Of a stretch of 64,000 nucleotides of DNA, positions 24,945-37,540 are shown piece by piece. The first letter of the stretch is position 1; every line of letters begins with the position of its first letter. Made by a program: the position numbers and the translations under genes. Origin of the DNA: Felis catus (taxonomy: Eukaryota). Below the pieces are notes generated by a model. That model was given only the letters and a program-made list of their open reading frames with translations, searched no databases and was not told the origin of the DNA. The stretch spans positions 111,168,001 to 111,232,000 of the forward strand of contig NC_058373.1 in NCBI RefSeq assembly GCF_018350175.1. The letters run 5' to 3'.

Positions 24945-25150
24945 AATACACGTGTGTGCTCTGGAGTCAGCGCATCTGGGCTTCAGATCCTGGCTTCCGC
25001 AATTCCTGACTCTCTGACTTTGGACAGGTCACAAAACCTTCCTGTGCTCTGGTGATAACACCAGTACTTGACCTCCGGGCTTGGTATGAAATGAAGGGAT
25101 GCACACGAAGCACTTAACAGGCTGCTTTGTAGGTAATAAGCACTCTGCAG
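24945..25150 (+). mobile_element. MIR
   Basis: gctctggagtcag...ctgggcttcagatcctggcttc...tgactttggacaggtcac. Confidence 0.7.
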
Positions 25151-25434
25151 CTGTTAGCTCTTATGGTTCTTGTCACAACACCAGGCACCTGATCTGAACA
25201 TGAAGGAAACATTCAAGGTCATATCACCAGTAAGGGCAAAGCCAGGACAGAAGGCCCATCTTTCTCAACCCAGGGTCTCTGCCTCTGGCCGCTACCCATG
25301 CCCAGCTGTCACTGCTGACAAACCTCCTGTGCTAATAATGCTCTTCGTTCCTGTTAGTGCTTTAAAAACCACTTTTTAAAGGATTCCATCTTGAAATCCT
25401 ATTTATGCTATTACTTTGCTTAGTAACTCACTTT

Positions 25435-25620
25435 TTTTTAAAAAGGATGTATTTATTTTTGGAAGAGTGCAAGCGGGAGAGGGGCAGAGAGAGGGGGACA
25501 GAGGATCAGAAGTGGGCTCTGAGCTGACAGAGGAGAGCCAATATGGGGCTCAAACAAACCGGGAGATCATGACCTGAGCTGAATTCTGACGTTCAACCGA
25601 CTGAGCCACCCAGGTGCCCC
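25435..25620 (-). mobile_element. CanSINE
   Basis: TSD agtaactcactttt. Confidence 0.9.
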
Positions 25621-25749
25621 AGTAACTCACTTTTCTTAAAGAGCTTACAGTTACCTGCAGCCCATCCTCTCCAGGGCTCATGATTTGAATCCGAGGGCTC
25701 AAAATCAGGGAGGTTGGCTGTCCTGGGGAGTTTAAGCCTGGCTTTATGA

Positions 25750-26245
25750 ATTCAAATGACTTCAGGTGTAATAAGATAGGAGCGGTGGAGATTCGGATCC
25801 TGTCTGAAGCAGGAAGTGGACGTGCAGGCAGAGTATGATTAAATTTGCTGATTTTTCAGGAAAAGCAAGGCCTCCAGATTTAAAAAAAAAAAAATTTTTT
25901 TAATGTTTATTTACTTTTGAGAGAGAGAGAGAGACAGAGCTCAAGTGGGGAAGGGCCAGAGAGAGAGGGAGACACAGAATCCGAAGCAGGCTCCAGGCTC
26001 TGAGAGGTCAGCACAGAGCCCCACGCGGGGCTCGAACTCACGAACCGCAAGATCATGACCGGAGACGAAGTTGGATGCTTAACCGACTGAGCCACCCAGG
26101 CGCCCCATGGCCTCCAGATTTTTATGTAAAATATTCCAATCGATAAATCTTGTCAACGAATTTTAGGTTTTATAAAAAAACACTCTGGGGACTAAAGCAA
26201 ACATGTTTGTAGGCTGCATCCGGCTCTGTGGCCACCAGATAGCAA
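25750..26245 (+). mobile_element. MER102-like hAT element split by a reverse CanSINE (25885-26106)
   Basis: ccagatttttatgtaaaat...aaacatgtttgtaggctgcatccggctctgtggccaccag; SINE TSD ggcctccagattt. Confidence 0.65.
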
Positions 26246-26844
26246 TCACTGCATACAATTTACAAAAAGTACTCAGCCTACACCATCCTGGGGGTGGGAC
26301 AGGTTGTTGTGGCCCAAGGGCAGTGTTCCCAGGAGCAGCAAGAGTAATCCCACTTCAGTTTGGAGATCCTTGTCTAAAGCCAGTGTATTTTGCTCAATTG
26401 ATCATTTTCTCCCTTCAGCTGAGTTAAGTAGCTGCCTTTGCTCTTTCTGTAAAGAATCAATTCCTTGTGTAAGTAGCATTGGATGCTTCTGGATGGAGGA
26501 TTAGAATGACTGGAATCTATCTGCAACCCTGTCATGTGACTCCAGACCAGTCTCAGACCCTTCCTACTCTCTCTCCCTCCAACACACTATGCAACTGGGT
26601 TTCCACTCCTGTAAGACCAACAGTGCCATTCTCCCGTCTATTTGGAGTCTTGTGTGGAGAAGGAGACCCCGCTCTCTAAGTGCCAGGCCAGAAGCCTCCT
26701 AATTGGTCTACATTAGATCTCCCCACCCCCACAATCGGAGTTAGTGTTTTCCTTGCTCATTTGTTCTTAAACATTCAAGAACCTTCGGAAACATACATAC
26801 CTGCGGCGTAGCCCATGCGGTGAGTCAAGGCGGGTCCAAGAAGT

Positions 26845-27260
26845 GTGTCATTTCAGGTCCTTTGAGAAAGAGATGCCGAGGTGAAAGTACGTATGTAATA
26901 CACGTACCTGGAAGAACACCTGAGAAGGCTGAAGGGTGAGGGAGGAGGGCTAGGTAAAGAGAGCCTTCAGGCAGCCATGCAGGCCTCACACTCACCAGAG
27001 GAGAGAGGACATGAAAGAGGCTTGGGTGGGAAGAAAGCACAGCTCCAAGAAAGTTATGGCCAGGCAGCTGGGAAGCCCAAGAGCCTAGGAGTCCCCACTG
27101 GGCAGGCCTGGCTGGGCTCTTGGACTGCTGCTGTGCTCGGGGAGAGCAAGGCCTCAGTGGGATCCCCAAGGCACCATGGCTGGCAGTTGTTAGCTCACCA
27201 CACCCTTGTAGCACGTCCTCTCTCCAAGGGAGACCTAAGCTGTGCTCTCTCATGGCTGCC
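26845..27260. mobile_element. Old ERVL-class solo LTR
   Basis: tgtgtcatttcaggtcctttgagaaagagatgccgag...gagagccttcag; same family as the element at 59685. Confidence 0.6.
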
Positions 27261-28054
27261 ACAGCCGGCCAGATTCCCGCGATTCCATAAATGTGTGATA
27301 TTACATGTTTCTACACAAGAAGAGGGAGCAGAGCGTGGGGTTTCAGTTAGTCCTAGGTGTGTGGTTCCATCACTGCACTGACTGTGACCTCAGGGCAAGG
27401 ACCGGAACTTCTTCACCTGTTCAGTGAAAATAGTGAAAGTGTCTCTCCCATGGAGCTACTCTGAGGATTATGATGGAATTTAGGAAAGTGCTCAACACAG
27501 TGCTGAACACCTCGCAAGTGCTGGATAGATATTTTTACTTTGGGACGTACTAGGAGATGAAATGCAGGCCAGCCACCCAACAGCCTTTGCTTTCCTTTGC
27601 TTTGTAGCAGTTGTATCTTCTAAAATGACATTGTTAAGGTGAGTCTGGTCATAGGGTCAAGGGAGGATGCATTTATGGACAGTGGCCACTGGAGGCACTC
27701 TCCCACCGACCCCGTGAGGTAGCTTCTATTGTTATGCCTGTTGTACAGATGAGCAAACTGAGGCTCAGAAAGGTCTTGTGATTTGGTGGAGCAAGTGACT
27801 CTGGTATGACAGATCAGAGCATTGCATTGCATCCCCAGGGTTCAAGGATGGGCAGAAGATCCAATCCGATGTAATGAGACTGGGGCAACTGCAAAGACGT
27901 CGGGCTCTTTCACTAAGGGACTTGGAGGGTGTGAGGCTGGTTTGCTGAAGTTGTCTTAATCTCCACAAAGGTAAGCCTCTCTGAGAATGAGGCCGATGCA
28001 GAAGAGGTTGGCTGGCTAACCCAACACCCATTCACATCCTTTCTCTAATAACTG

Positions 28055-29000
28055 TGCTGGAGGAGGTTGCTAATTGTCCTGCCATACTCCTCCCCTTAGT
28101 CATTTTAGTAACAGAACTCCCCACGTTTTGGCTGGGCACATGGCTATGCAAACTGTACATTTCCCAAGTTCCCTTGCAGCTAGTTGTGACCACGTAACTA
28201 GACTGTGGCCAATGGGACGGGAGCAGAAGAGATGATGAGCGAAACTTCTGTATCACAGCCTTAGAAGGAAGCTTCTTGTCCTGCTCTTCTGTTCTCCCCT
28301 CCCAGCTGGGAAAGGACAACAATGGAGTAACAAAGCAGACCCTCTGGTGAAGGGGCTGACCCATCCCCCATTCCTGGGTACGGCTTCTCTTTGACATACA
28401 AACAAACAAAAAATGGCCTCTACTCTAGGGGCCAGGAAAAACTAAAAATAGGCTTTCCTAGCCTTCTGGTGGTACTGATGTGTCAAATCAGCTGGAAGCA
28501 GAGATCGACTGGGGGCTCTGGGGAAAGATTTGCTTTTCTAGATAAAAGAATCAGATACAGCTACTTCTTTCTGCCTTGAATGCCTGCAGCCAGAGCAGTC
28601 CTCCTGTGACCTTAACGATGGTGGAATTGAAATGAAGAAAGAGGTTGGGTTCTTGGTAAGATTAATGAGCTGCTGCATAGTAATGTCATGGGTGGCTATC
28701 CTGGGCTACCTGTTATACGCGGGGGAGAAAACCCCTCTCCCTGGACTTCTTACGTGAGAAAAATAAACCGCACTTCACGGAAGCCTCCATTAGCTGAGTT
28801 TTATGTTATGACAGCCCAAATGCCAAGACATCAGTAGAACTTGGTGTGACACAGAGCCCAGATGTTGATGATGTCACTGGCCTCCGTGAACAGCTGTGCC
28901 TGAGACCAGCCCTTGGACTTTTCAGTTATGAGAGAAAGTAAGTTCTCTTTGTGCTTAACAGTTTAGGTTGGGTTTTCTGCTGCTCCAGATGGAAAGGCTC
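28055..29000 (+). mobile_element. Cluster of old MLT1 (MaLR) LTR fragments
   Basis: tacatttcccaagttcccttgcagctag..tgtgaccacgtaacta; ctggacttcttacgtgagaaaaataaacc; ggacttttcagttatgaga. Confidence 0.7.
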
Positions 29001-30032
29001 CCGAGACAACTATTCACCAAGAGCCAAGTGGACTGACTGAATGTTCACCTCCGCTCGGTCCCTCCACCAAATTTTAAGGCAAAAAGATGACAAAATTAAA
29101 GGAAGGAAGGAAAGCAGAAGGGATGAAAGAAAAGGAAAGAATGACAAATCAACAGGAGGTCAGTATGCTTTTAGAGTTCCTTGCTCAGAAACCTGGGTCC
29201 TAGTTTCCCTCGCTCAGGGGGTTTTCTGCTGCTAGGGAACTGTCCCTGACACCGTGTGAGCACCCTGACTGCAGTGGGGAGCGTGACTCAGTTTCCCATT
29301 CCAAGCAACCCGGCACCATATTTCTGGGGCTTTTCATTCTCCTTTACTCTTCCTTAGATGCGGCATGGCCCAAGCTAATTAATCCGTGTCCTGACCAAGC
29401 CGGTTGTTTCCCCAGGTTACCCTTAAATCCACGGGCCATAACCCTCCTGTACTTACTGATCTCCAGGGCTTTCATCACTTCTGAGAATGGACCGTTTAGT
29501 CCAATCTTGGTGCAGGCCAGCATTAATAGGCAATTGCCACAGGGAGACAATACAGGAAGAAAAATGGCTAAAAATATACAGTGAATCACAGAAAATTACA
29601 TCTCTTAAAACCCACAGTGTATTCCTATTGCCATAGCAACCCCCTGGCTAGTGAAGACAGAGCTGATTTATCACAGGCTTTCCCCAGCACTCAATTCTGC
29701 CGGAAGCTCCTCCAGCCTGTGGTGCGAGACCCAGTGAGGAGAGGGAGGGGACATCACAAACCCAGGGTTTTCTCTCCTTTCTTTCCATCCCTTCCAGGGG
29801 TGTTGCTGTGGTGAGGAGACCTGAGTTCCTTCCACACAGCCCGTGTTGTCTCCCAGGCTGTTTTCTGAGATGAAGGTGACTGTTCTGACCTCTGACGAAA
29901 TGTCCTGCCTTCTGTCCACACTAATGCCTGTGACAGCAGAGGGTTGCTCCCTAGAGGGGTCAGTGTGCAAGGGGACATGAGGAAGTTGCAGGTGCCACAC
30001 CACTCTCAAGGATGACGAGAAAAGAGGCTTTC

Positions 30033-30085
30033 CTCTCTCCTCTCCTCTCCTCTCCTCTCCTCTCCTCTCCTCTCCTCTCCTCTCC
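30033..30085. repeat. (TCTCC)n pentanucleotide repeat
   Basis: Direct reading. Confidence 0.95.
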
Positions 30086-30411
30086 TGTTTCTCTCCACCT
30101 CCCTGACTCTTCTGTCTCCTCTATTTCCTTAGTGGGTTTATTGTGAAGTGGACTGGCCTCACATTGAGACCAGGAGGTGGGAGAAGGAGTCAAGCCTTGA
30201 CTTACAAAATGAGTCTGGTGTATAGAAAGACAAGGAAATGTATGTTCATAAGCCTTTTGTTACTCCATTGGAACTCGAAACGTCACTGGCATATACTGTG
30301 TGTTTTATCATAATATTAAAAAATGACATTCTTGTGTGTGACTTAAACTTCCACAATTTAGAGAAATATTTTGGGCCAGAGTTCTGGAGCATCTGCCCTC
30401 AAAAATAGCCC

Positions 30412-31271
30412 TGCCTGGACATGTCACAAGGACAAAAGGAGACAGCTGGAAGGAGCTCCCACTGGCCAAATCTGGGACCATTTGAACTTTGAAAAAAAAA
30501 GTAGTAGTGGTTTAAAATCTATGGAATAAAATAAGAAATATACGTCCATACTGATATAAATGAACACATAAATGGTGGAAAAGAAAAAGCCCTTTCGTAT
30601 GGTAAAATTTCAACTACTAAGCATGGACGAAATAACAGTGTTAGAAAATTCTCATTTGGCAACTTTCGTAGCAATAATTGATTCAGGCAAGAACTGGCAA
30701 TGGATGTATAGAGGGTCAAAGTTTGATGAGAAACAGTATATTTATACAATCTCAAAGTGTCTCCTTATAAAATGCTTGTTGATTTCAAAGGGAAAAATAA
30801 TAGCTTGAGAGTGGAGAGGGTTGGCAGACCCCGCCCGAATCAGGTATCAAAGTTAACATCACAAGGGGACAGATCAATATCCTGTATCTCCTGATGTGAC
30901 GTGCTAAGGAGGACATAATATCACCTCTGTGGTATTCCTGCCAAACATGTACAACCCGAATCTTATTGTGAGGAAACATCAGACAGTCTCCAAATGAGGG
31001 ACAATCTATTCAATAAATGGCTTAGATTCTTCAAAATATCAGCGTCGCGAATGACAAAGACTGAGGAAGTATCCTAACTGAAGGAACCTAAAGAGACATG
31101 ATAATGGGTAATCTTGGATTGGCTTCTGGAGCAAAACGATTTTCTCTTTTGCTATAAAGAACATTGTGAGAAGAACTGACAACATTTGAAAAAGATATGT
31201 AGTTTAGATAATAGTATTACATCAATATTATTTTCCTGATTTTGATAATGTATTGGGGTTAGGAAAGAAAA

Positions 31272-31312
<41 letters not shown>

Positions 31313-31522
31313 ATGCATGCTTAAGTATTTAGGGATAAAGGAGCATCATATCTTCAAGTTATTTGCAACCAGTTCAGAAAAAAGTATATAAAGAGAGAAA
31401 GTGATAAGCAAATGAGATGAAGAGTATACAGGAATTCTTTGCACTTGTTGTAGTTTTCTGTAAAAAAAAAAAAAAATTTGTGCTTTTCCGTAGCCTGAAA
31501 CGAATTCAAAATAAAGTTTAAA
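30412..31522 (+). mobile_element. L1MC-class 3' end
   Basis: ggagctcccactggccaaatctggga...tcacctctgtggtattcctgccaaa...ttcaaaataaag; candidate TSD aaaaatagccc. Confidence 0.85.
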
Positions 31523-31961
31523 AAAAATAGCCCCATCTGCATACGCAAAGTCCTTTTGAGTGAATTTTCTTCCCACTCGTTTCTTTCCCTCACTCTGATG
31601 CTACACCTTAGTATTTAGGTCCTCACAGCTCTCTGGCTCTCTGCGTTAAGCAAGAGAATCCAACCTTAATGCAGGAGGCGGGGGGGGGGGGGGGGGGGGG
31701 GCGGTGTGAGAGCGAAAAGACGCAGCTACCCCCTCAAGGGTGTCACCAAAGGCCAAACAGAAAGCTGGGATAAACGTATTTGTTGCAATGTCCAAATCAG
31801 ACCGGTGAATGAAGTCAAAGTGTCCTTTTAGGTTTCTGAGGGAAGGGAGGGCATGTTCTCAGCAGGATGTACTGACCCAGCTCAGTGAGGGCAGAGAGCC
31901 AACACTGTAAGAAAGCCCAGGACTGAGTTCATGTTCTTTCTCAATCCCTCCGTCCCTTCCA

Positions 31962-32014
31962 ATCTCTGTCTCTGTTTCTGTTTCTGTCTCTGTCTCTCTG
32001 TCTCTCTCTGTCTC

Positions 32015-32093
<79 letters not shown>
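31962..32093. repeat. Compound microsatellite (CTGTYT)n(CT)n(CA)n
   Basis: Direct reading. Confidence 0.95.
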
Positions 32094-32096
<3 letters not shown>

Positions 32097-32934
32097 CTTT
32101 CCTCTTTTTCCCTAGACTTTTTCCAGACACCCTGGCACCTGGTGAAAGGGCCTCTTCTATCAGAGACAAAACATTTCTCTGCAGAAGGGGGCACTTTCTT
32201 TCTCTGGAGCCACAGATGAAACTCAGGACTCAGCAGGAAACCTGCTAACTTCAGGCTCAGAAGGTGGTGAGGTGGGGAGGGACGTGAGGCCAGTGCCCCA
32301 TCCGCCTGCATTTGGTCTGGCCCATCCAGAGCCTTGTATCCAGGTGCGAGGACCAGGTATACAAGCTCCAAAGTGCTTACCCCGTTGCCTACACAATGGT
32401 TACAATATGCAAAGATTCCGAAGGAAGGTCTGCCATACGTTACATTAAAATTCACTCCCCTACTTTCTCTAATAGCCGTTTACTTTAATTCACTCATCTC
32501 AATATCATGAGCTGCAGTGAAGCAGAAAGTGGTTCTGCTATTTATAAATGATCCTGATCGAATAAAGTAATGTCTTGATTCCTTCCCAATGGTCTAGGGA
32601 CGATATAACAAGAGAAGCCTAAGGGACTGCGGTGGGGGGTGGAATTCTCCTCTCCCAGGGAAGCAGGCATCTGTCCCACCCCCAGCTTTTAGAGCACTGC
32701 CTTATGGTTGGAGGGAGGCATAGGGAAAAATGGAGTCATTTTCAGTTCTGAATAGATGATATTTGTCTCAATTCACCAGCATCAGCCAGGTATGTGGCAG
32801 TACAAATCGAATGGGCACAAGGCTTCAGGCTGGACTGTGAAAAAGAAACTTTAAATATTAAAGAGCTGGTCAGCCCTTATCTGATCAGTTTGGAGTGCAA
32901 ACAGACACTAAGTCTAAGCTCCCCCCCCCCCCTT

Positions 32935-33117
32935 TTTAAAGTTTATTTATTTTGAGAGAGAGAGAGTAAGCAGGGAAGGAACAGAGAGAGGTAGACAGTG
33001 AATCTCTGCTGTCAGCACAGAGCCCTACACGGGGCTTGAACTCACACACCGTGAGATTGCGACCTGAGCAGAAATCAAGAGTATGAGTTTAACCGACGGA
33101 GCCACCCAGGCGCCCCC
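32935..33117 (-). mobile_element. CanSINE
   Basis: TSD agtctaagc. Confidence 0.9.
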
Positions 33118-33650
33118 AGTCTAAGCCCCCTTTAAAGAGGCCACGGTCTGTACATTTCTGCAGAGTAGACCTCCATGGCTTGGCCCAAGGTTGTGTGTAG
33201 ATGACAATAGACGATGCAACTTCCTGCCCATGATGTGGCCCATTTGCCTGCATAGTATCCCACAGATGGCTTCATTTCAGATAAAGTGTCAAGGAACTGC
33301 CCAAATGGCAGCATCTTTTTTATCAGTCCAGTGGGAATCAGGCAATGAATGACTTGATATTAAGTGTGGGCCAGCCCAGCACTTGGACAAGCCTGTAAGA
33401 AACTATAGAACCAACAATCAGATGGGAGTAGGTGTGACCAAGAAACTCCCTGTGGCATCACAGTACTTGTGAGGGGGGCAGTCAGGGTCTTTCCCTGAGT
33501 GAGTGGCTGATTTACACAGACCTCTAGAGCCCAAGACGGGCGAGGGATTTCAGCTTTTTCAAGGCCCCCATATGAAAAGAAATGATCAACTCTTACACGG
33601 TAAATTCACTATTTTCATGAGGCAACCTATGTCTTCTTTTCTTTTGCCAG

Positions 33651-33817
33651 TCTGAGGAAGCATATCAACATTTGCAGAACCAGTATTTGTAATTTCAGTG
33701 CAAAGGATCTCACAAAGATCTCAAAACCCATATAATGCAGGCTTGGGAAAGAATTACTATACTTAAGGAGTGAGGAATCTGCAAAAGGAGAAGCAGGTGC
33801 CTTGCTGGAACCCAGGG
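33651..33817 (+). other. Candidate non-coding exon
   Basis: tcttcttttcttttgccag acceptor and ggg|gtaagt donor; stops in all three frames. Confidence 0.3.
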
Positions 33818-34116
33818 GTAAGTAAGCTCCACAGCAGAGGAGGGAGCTGGGCTGAAGAGCCCTCCTCCAGCACTGTGGGTGGGGGCTGTGGGACAGGATC
33901 GGCGTCACTACCGTCTCCTGGGTGTGAGTTCTGCCAAAGATTCCATTTCCCACATGCCATCTGGTAATGGTCTCTTTTGGTTTACTGCTCAGAACTGGGG
34001 GAATCTCTTCCGGCTGGATGAGTCCACACTTGGGTCTTAGTGATTTGCAACGCCATAGTGTTCTGTTTCTTAATTACGCAAGAACCTCGTAACCCTTTTG
34101 TCTTCAGCAGATTTAC

Positions 34117-34626
34117 TGTAGTAGGTTAAGATGGATACACATTCTTTGCCTCACCTTCCATCCAGGGGCAGAGCCTATGTCCTTTTTCTTTGGAAAAGAC
34201 TGACCCTGAGACTGGCTTTGACGTATAGAATGCATTGGAAGTAACATTGTGTATCTTCTAAGGCTGGGCCTTAAAGACATCAGTAGCTTCCAATTTTGTC
34301 CTATTTGGAAACAGTTGCCATGTAAGAAGTCTGGCTACCCTGAGACTTCCATGTGGTGAGGAAGCCCAAGCTAACCATATGGAGAGAGAGAGGGGTCATG
34401 TAGAGAAGTGCTGAGGTGCCAGACATATGAATGTTCTGCTTAGACCTACTGCCCAGCCACCATGTAAAAGGAAGCCAAGTGCTTGCCCCCAGAAAATGGC
34501 TTGTAGAACAGAATAACTACCCGATACAGCCCTGTTTGCTGAGCCACAGAATCACAGGCAAATATGATGATTGGTTTAAGCCAGTAAGTTGTGGGGTGAT
34601 TTATTATCTAGTTATTTACTGAAACA
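34117..34626 (+). mobile_element. MLT1 (F/G/H-like) solo LTR
   Basis: tgtagtaggttaag...gaggaagcccaagcta...tttaagccagtaagttgtggggtgattt. Confidence 0.85.
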
Positions 34627-35927
34627 TACATAATCAAAGCTAATGGAATTAGTGACCCATCTACCACCACCACATGGAAACAACAGGACCCATATGGATA
34701 AGGCTTCTTTATGTCATTCAAATGGCAAAATCTCCACTGAACTGGGAGAAGAGCCCAGAAAAACTCCAGGGTTCCAGCTGTGGTCTGCATGATGTCAGAC
34801 AGAAATAATATTTTTCTGAGGGCAGTTCTTCTCTCTCATAGCCCCTTTTCTGTACTGTGCCCCTGTTTCTTACCCTAACATTCTGGCCATTACACTACCC
34901 TACAGTAACCCCATTATCCAGGGGTGTGTTTGTGTTACCTTGACATGACTCCAGAGAACCCCATAATAATAACATTTGTAAACAATCTAGCTGTCCAACA
35001 ATAAGGGATTGGGTAAATATACTTCATGGTACATCCATATCATTTTTAAAAACGCTTGATTTTAATAAAACTGATGCTATAGAAGTGTATCATAAGCAGA
35101 GAGAGGTATTTTCAATGTATGTTATAAAACAGTATAATTCCACTTAAAAATCGTACACAATATTCATTCATATACGCCTAGAAAAGGACATGAGGGTTTG
35201 TAGCAAGGTTGAGCAGGATATGGGGACTCTGTCCTTTTATTTGAGTTTCCTGAAATAAGTATGTATATACCTTTCATAATCTAATAAAACAGCACAAGAA
35301 GTATTATTTAGGAGGTAGAAATGAAGATGGGATGGCAGGAAGTCGGCCAGGCCCCCGAGGGCAGTGGAATTGGGCTGAAATGATGTTGTGACTTAGATTG
35401 AAATACCTGTGGTGTCTTGGGTCCCCCACTTGGTATTTGCTCTCCTGTGCACAGAACCTGCTTCAGCCTGCCAACAACATGACCTCTATTAATAGCAGCT
35501 GAAGTCTGGGCTCAAGCAGATTCTTAAGTGGAGTCGTCAGAATCATGGGTTATTGAGTGGCCTTGTCAGAACTGCATCAGCAAATGGTATTTGTTAAATA
35601 CTGTATTGCCTTCATGAGTCAGGAAATAGGGCTCTCTTTCCCTTTATCACTCACAGTTGTGTTTCTCAGCAAGTGTAGGTCTCCCTTCCTAAAATGGCCC
35701 AGGACTTCATTTCCCTGAAGCCATATTACTTAGGCAGAATTTTCCAGGGAAGGGAAGTGTTGATTCAACCACAGAGCACCAAGCAAATGTGAAATGTGTG
35801 GTTGTTCTCTGGGACTTTTTGTCTGGCTCTCACTTCTCTTTCCTACATCCTGCCAGAACACACAGTAGCCAAATCTGTGTGCCTGTGTGCTATGGACATC
35901 TGTTGTCCGATATCTCCTTCTTTCTTG

Positions 35928-36326
35928 CTTTTTTTTTTTTTTTTTTGAGAGAAGGAGAGAGAGAGAATCCCAAGCAGGTTCCATGCTCAGCACAGAGCTC
36001 GACTCTGGGCTGGATCTCACCACCGTGAGGTCATGACCTGAGCTGACATCAAGAGTCGGATGTTTATAGGGCGCCTGCGTGGCTCAGTCAGTTGAGTGTC
36101 TGACTTTGGCTCAGGTTATGACCTTGCGGTTCGTGGGTTTGAGTTCCACATGGGACCCGCTGCTGTTGGCCTGTCAGTGCAAAGGCCACTTTGGATCTTC
36201 TGTCCCTTCTCTCTCTGCCCCTCCCCTACTCACACTCTCTCACAGTCTCTCAAAAAGTAAATAAAAGCATTAAAAAAAGGGGGGGGGGGTCAGATGCTTA
36301 ACTGACTGAGCCACCCAGGAGCCCCC
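35928..36326. mobile_element. Reverse CanSINE interrupted by a forward CanSINE (36068-36278)
   Basis: Duplicated host sequence gtc(g/a)gatg(t/c)tta on both sides of the inner SINE. Confidence 0.9.
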
Positions 36327-37309
36327 AGATCTCGATTTTTCCTTTCAGTCATATTTCTCCCCCCGTGACTGTGGGGCTGTGTTCTCTACAACTCTGTAAA
36401 GACACAGTCCCTGCAGGAATCCCGCCTTCTCAAGCTGGCTCTGCCAGGCTGGCCTGGGCAGCACCGAACTTCCTAGCTTCCAATTTTCTGGCTCCTGCTG
36501 GTGCTCAGAAGCCCAGCGTGAAACCATAGGAGGAATAAGGGAAGGATTGACCAGCAGGAGTGAGGCCCTGCAGGCCGAAAACCCTCAGAAGGCTTCTCTC
36601 GGTGTCCCCTCCTACCCCACCCCTGCTGCCTACGTCTCCATCCTGCCGGGAAGGGGATACAGCTCATTATCTATTTGTTTTATAAAGTGCTGCCCTTGGT
36701 GTTCAAATCGCCTCAGGGCACAGAACGCACAATTTTAAAACGGTTAAAAGATACAAAACAGAAGATTGGCAATGACCGATACCTTTTAAAATTCAGCAAT
36801 AAAATGCCAATTTGAGGGGCCCGGGCTCACCCTGGGCTCTGCGGATCACTTGCAGGGGTGGAGGGGGGGGGCGCTCCGGCCATGGGAGGGGTAGGGAGTG
36901 ATTTCTCTACAACCTCCATCTCAGCTGTTTGCTCACAGAGCCAGGACGCTCCAGCCACCTTCCCTCAGACTCTCCCATCTGAGCCTTGATGACTCAGCTC
37001 AGGCCGGCATCAACTTGCTTATTTTCTTCCTGTGCCTGCTGTGGGGGCTTGCCGGAGACCTGCGGTGTCTGACAAGGGACAGAGCGGCAGGCCTGCTCTC
37101 CGTGCGCGCCATGGGGGCCACCTTAGCTGTTGGTTTGTCACCGCCTGGGCCTAGCCAACAGTTGGCGACCAAATAATGTTAATGACAATATTAATAACTG
37201 ATAATAGCTGAGCTTGACTAAGGCTTCTGTTGTCTGAAGACAGTCACGTTGGTTTCCTCGCTGAGGTTTCTCCAGCTTTGAAAGACATATTTAGAACTAC
37301 GGGGGAGGA

Positions 37310-37540
37310 GGGGAGCCCGGGTGGCTGGTGGGTTAAGCGGCCAACTTCGCTCAGGTCATGATCTTGCTGTTCGTGGGTTCGAGCCCCACGTCTGGCTCTG
37401 TGCCGACAGCTCGGAGCCTGGAGCCCGCTTCAGATTCTGTGTCTCCCTCTCTGTCCCTCCCCCACTCACACTCTGTCTCAGTCTCTCTCATAAACATAAA
37501 TAAACATTAAAAAAAGTTTTGTGTTTTTTTTTTTTTTTTA
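37310..37540 (+). mobile_element. CanSINE
   Basis: Head ggggagcccgggtggct, body and tail. Confidence 0.9.

Noticed and set aside
31859..32455. 198-aa minus-strand ORF
   Set aside because: Length comes from reading through the compound microsatellite.
33132..33314. ORF with GYYA..MEVYSAEMY, loosely like kinesin GLYA..EIY
   Set aside because: Out of order relative to the better 42377 match; no splice support.
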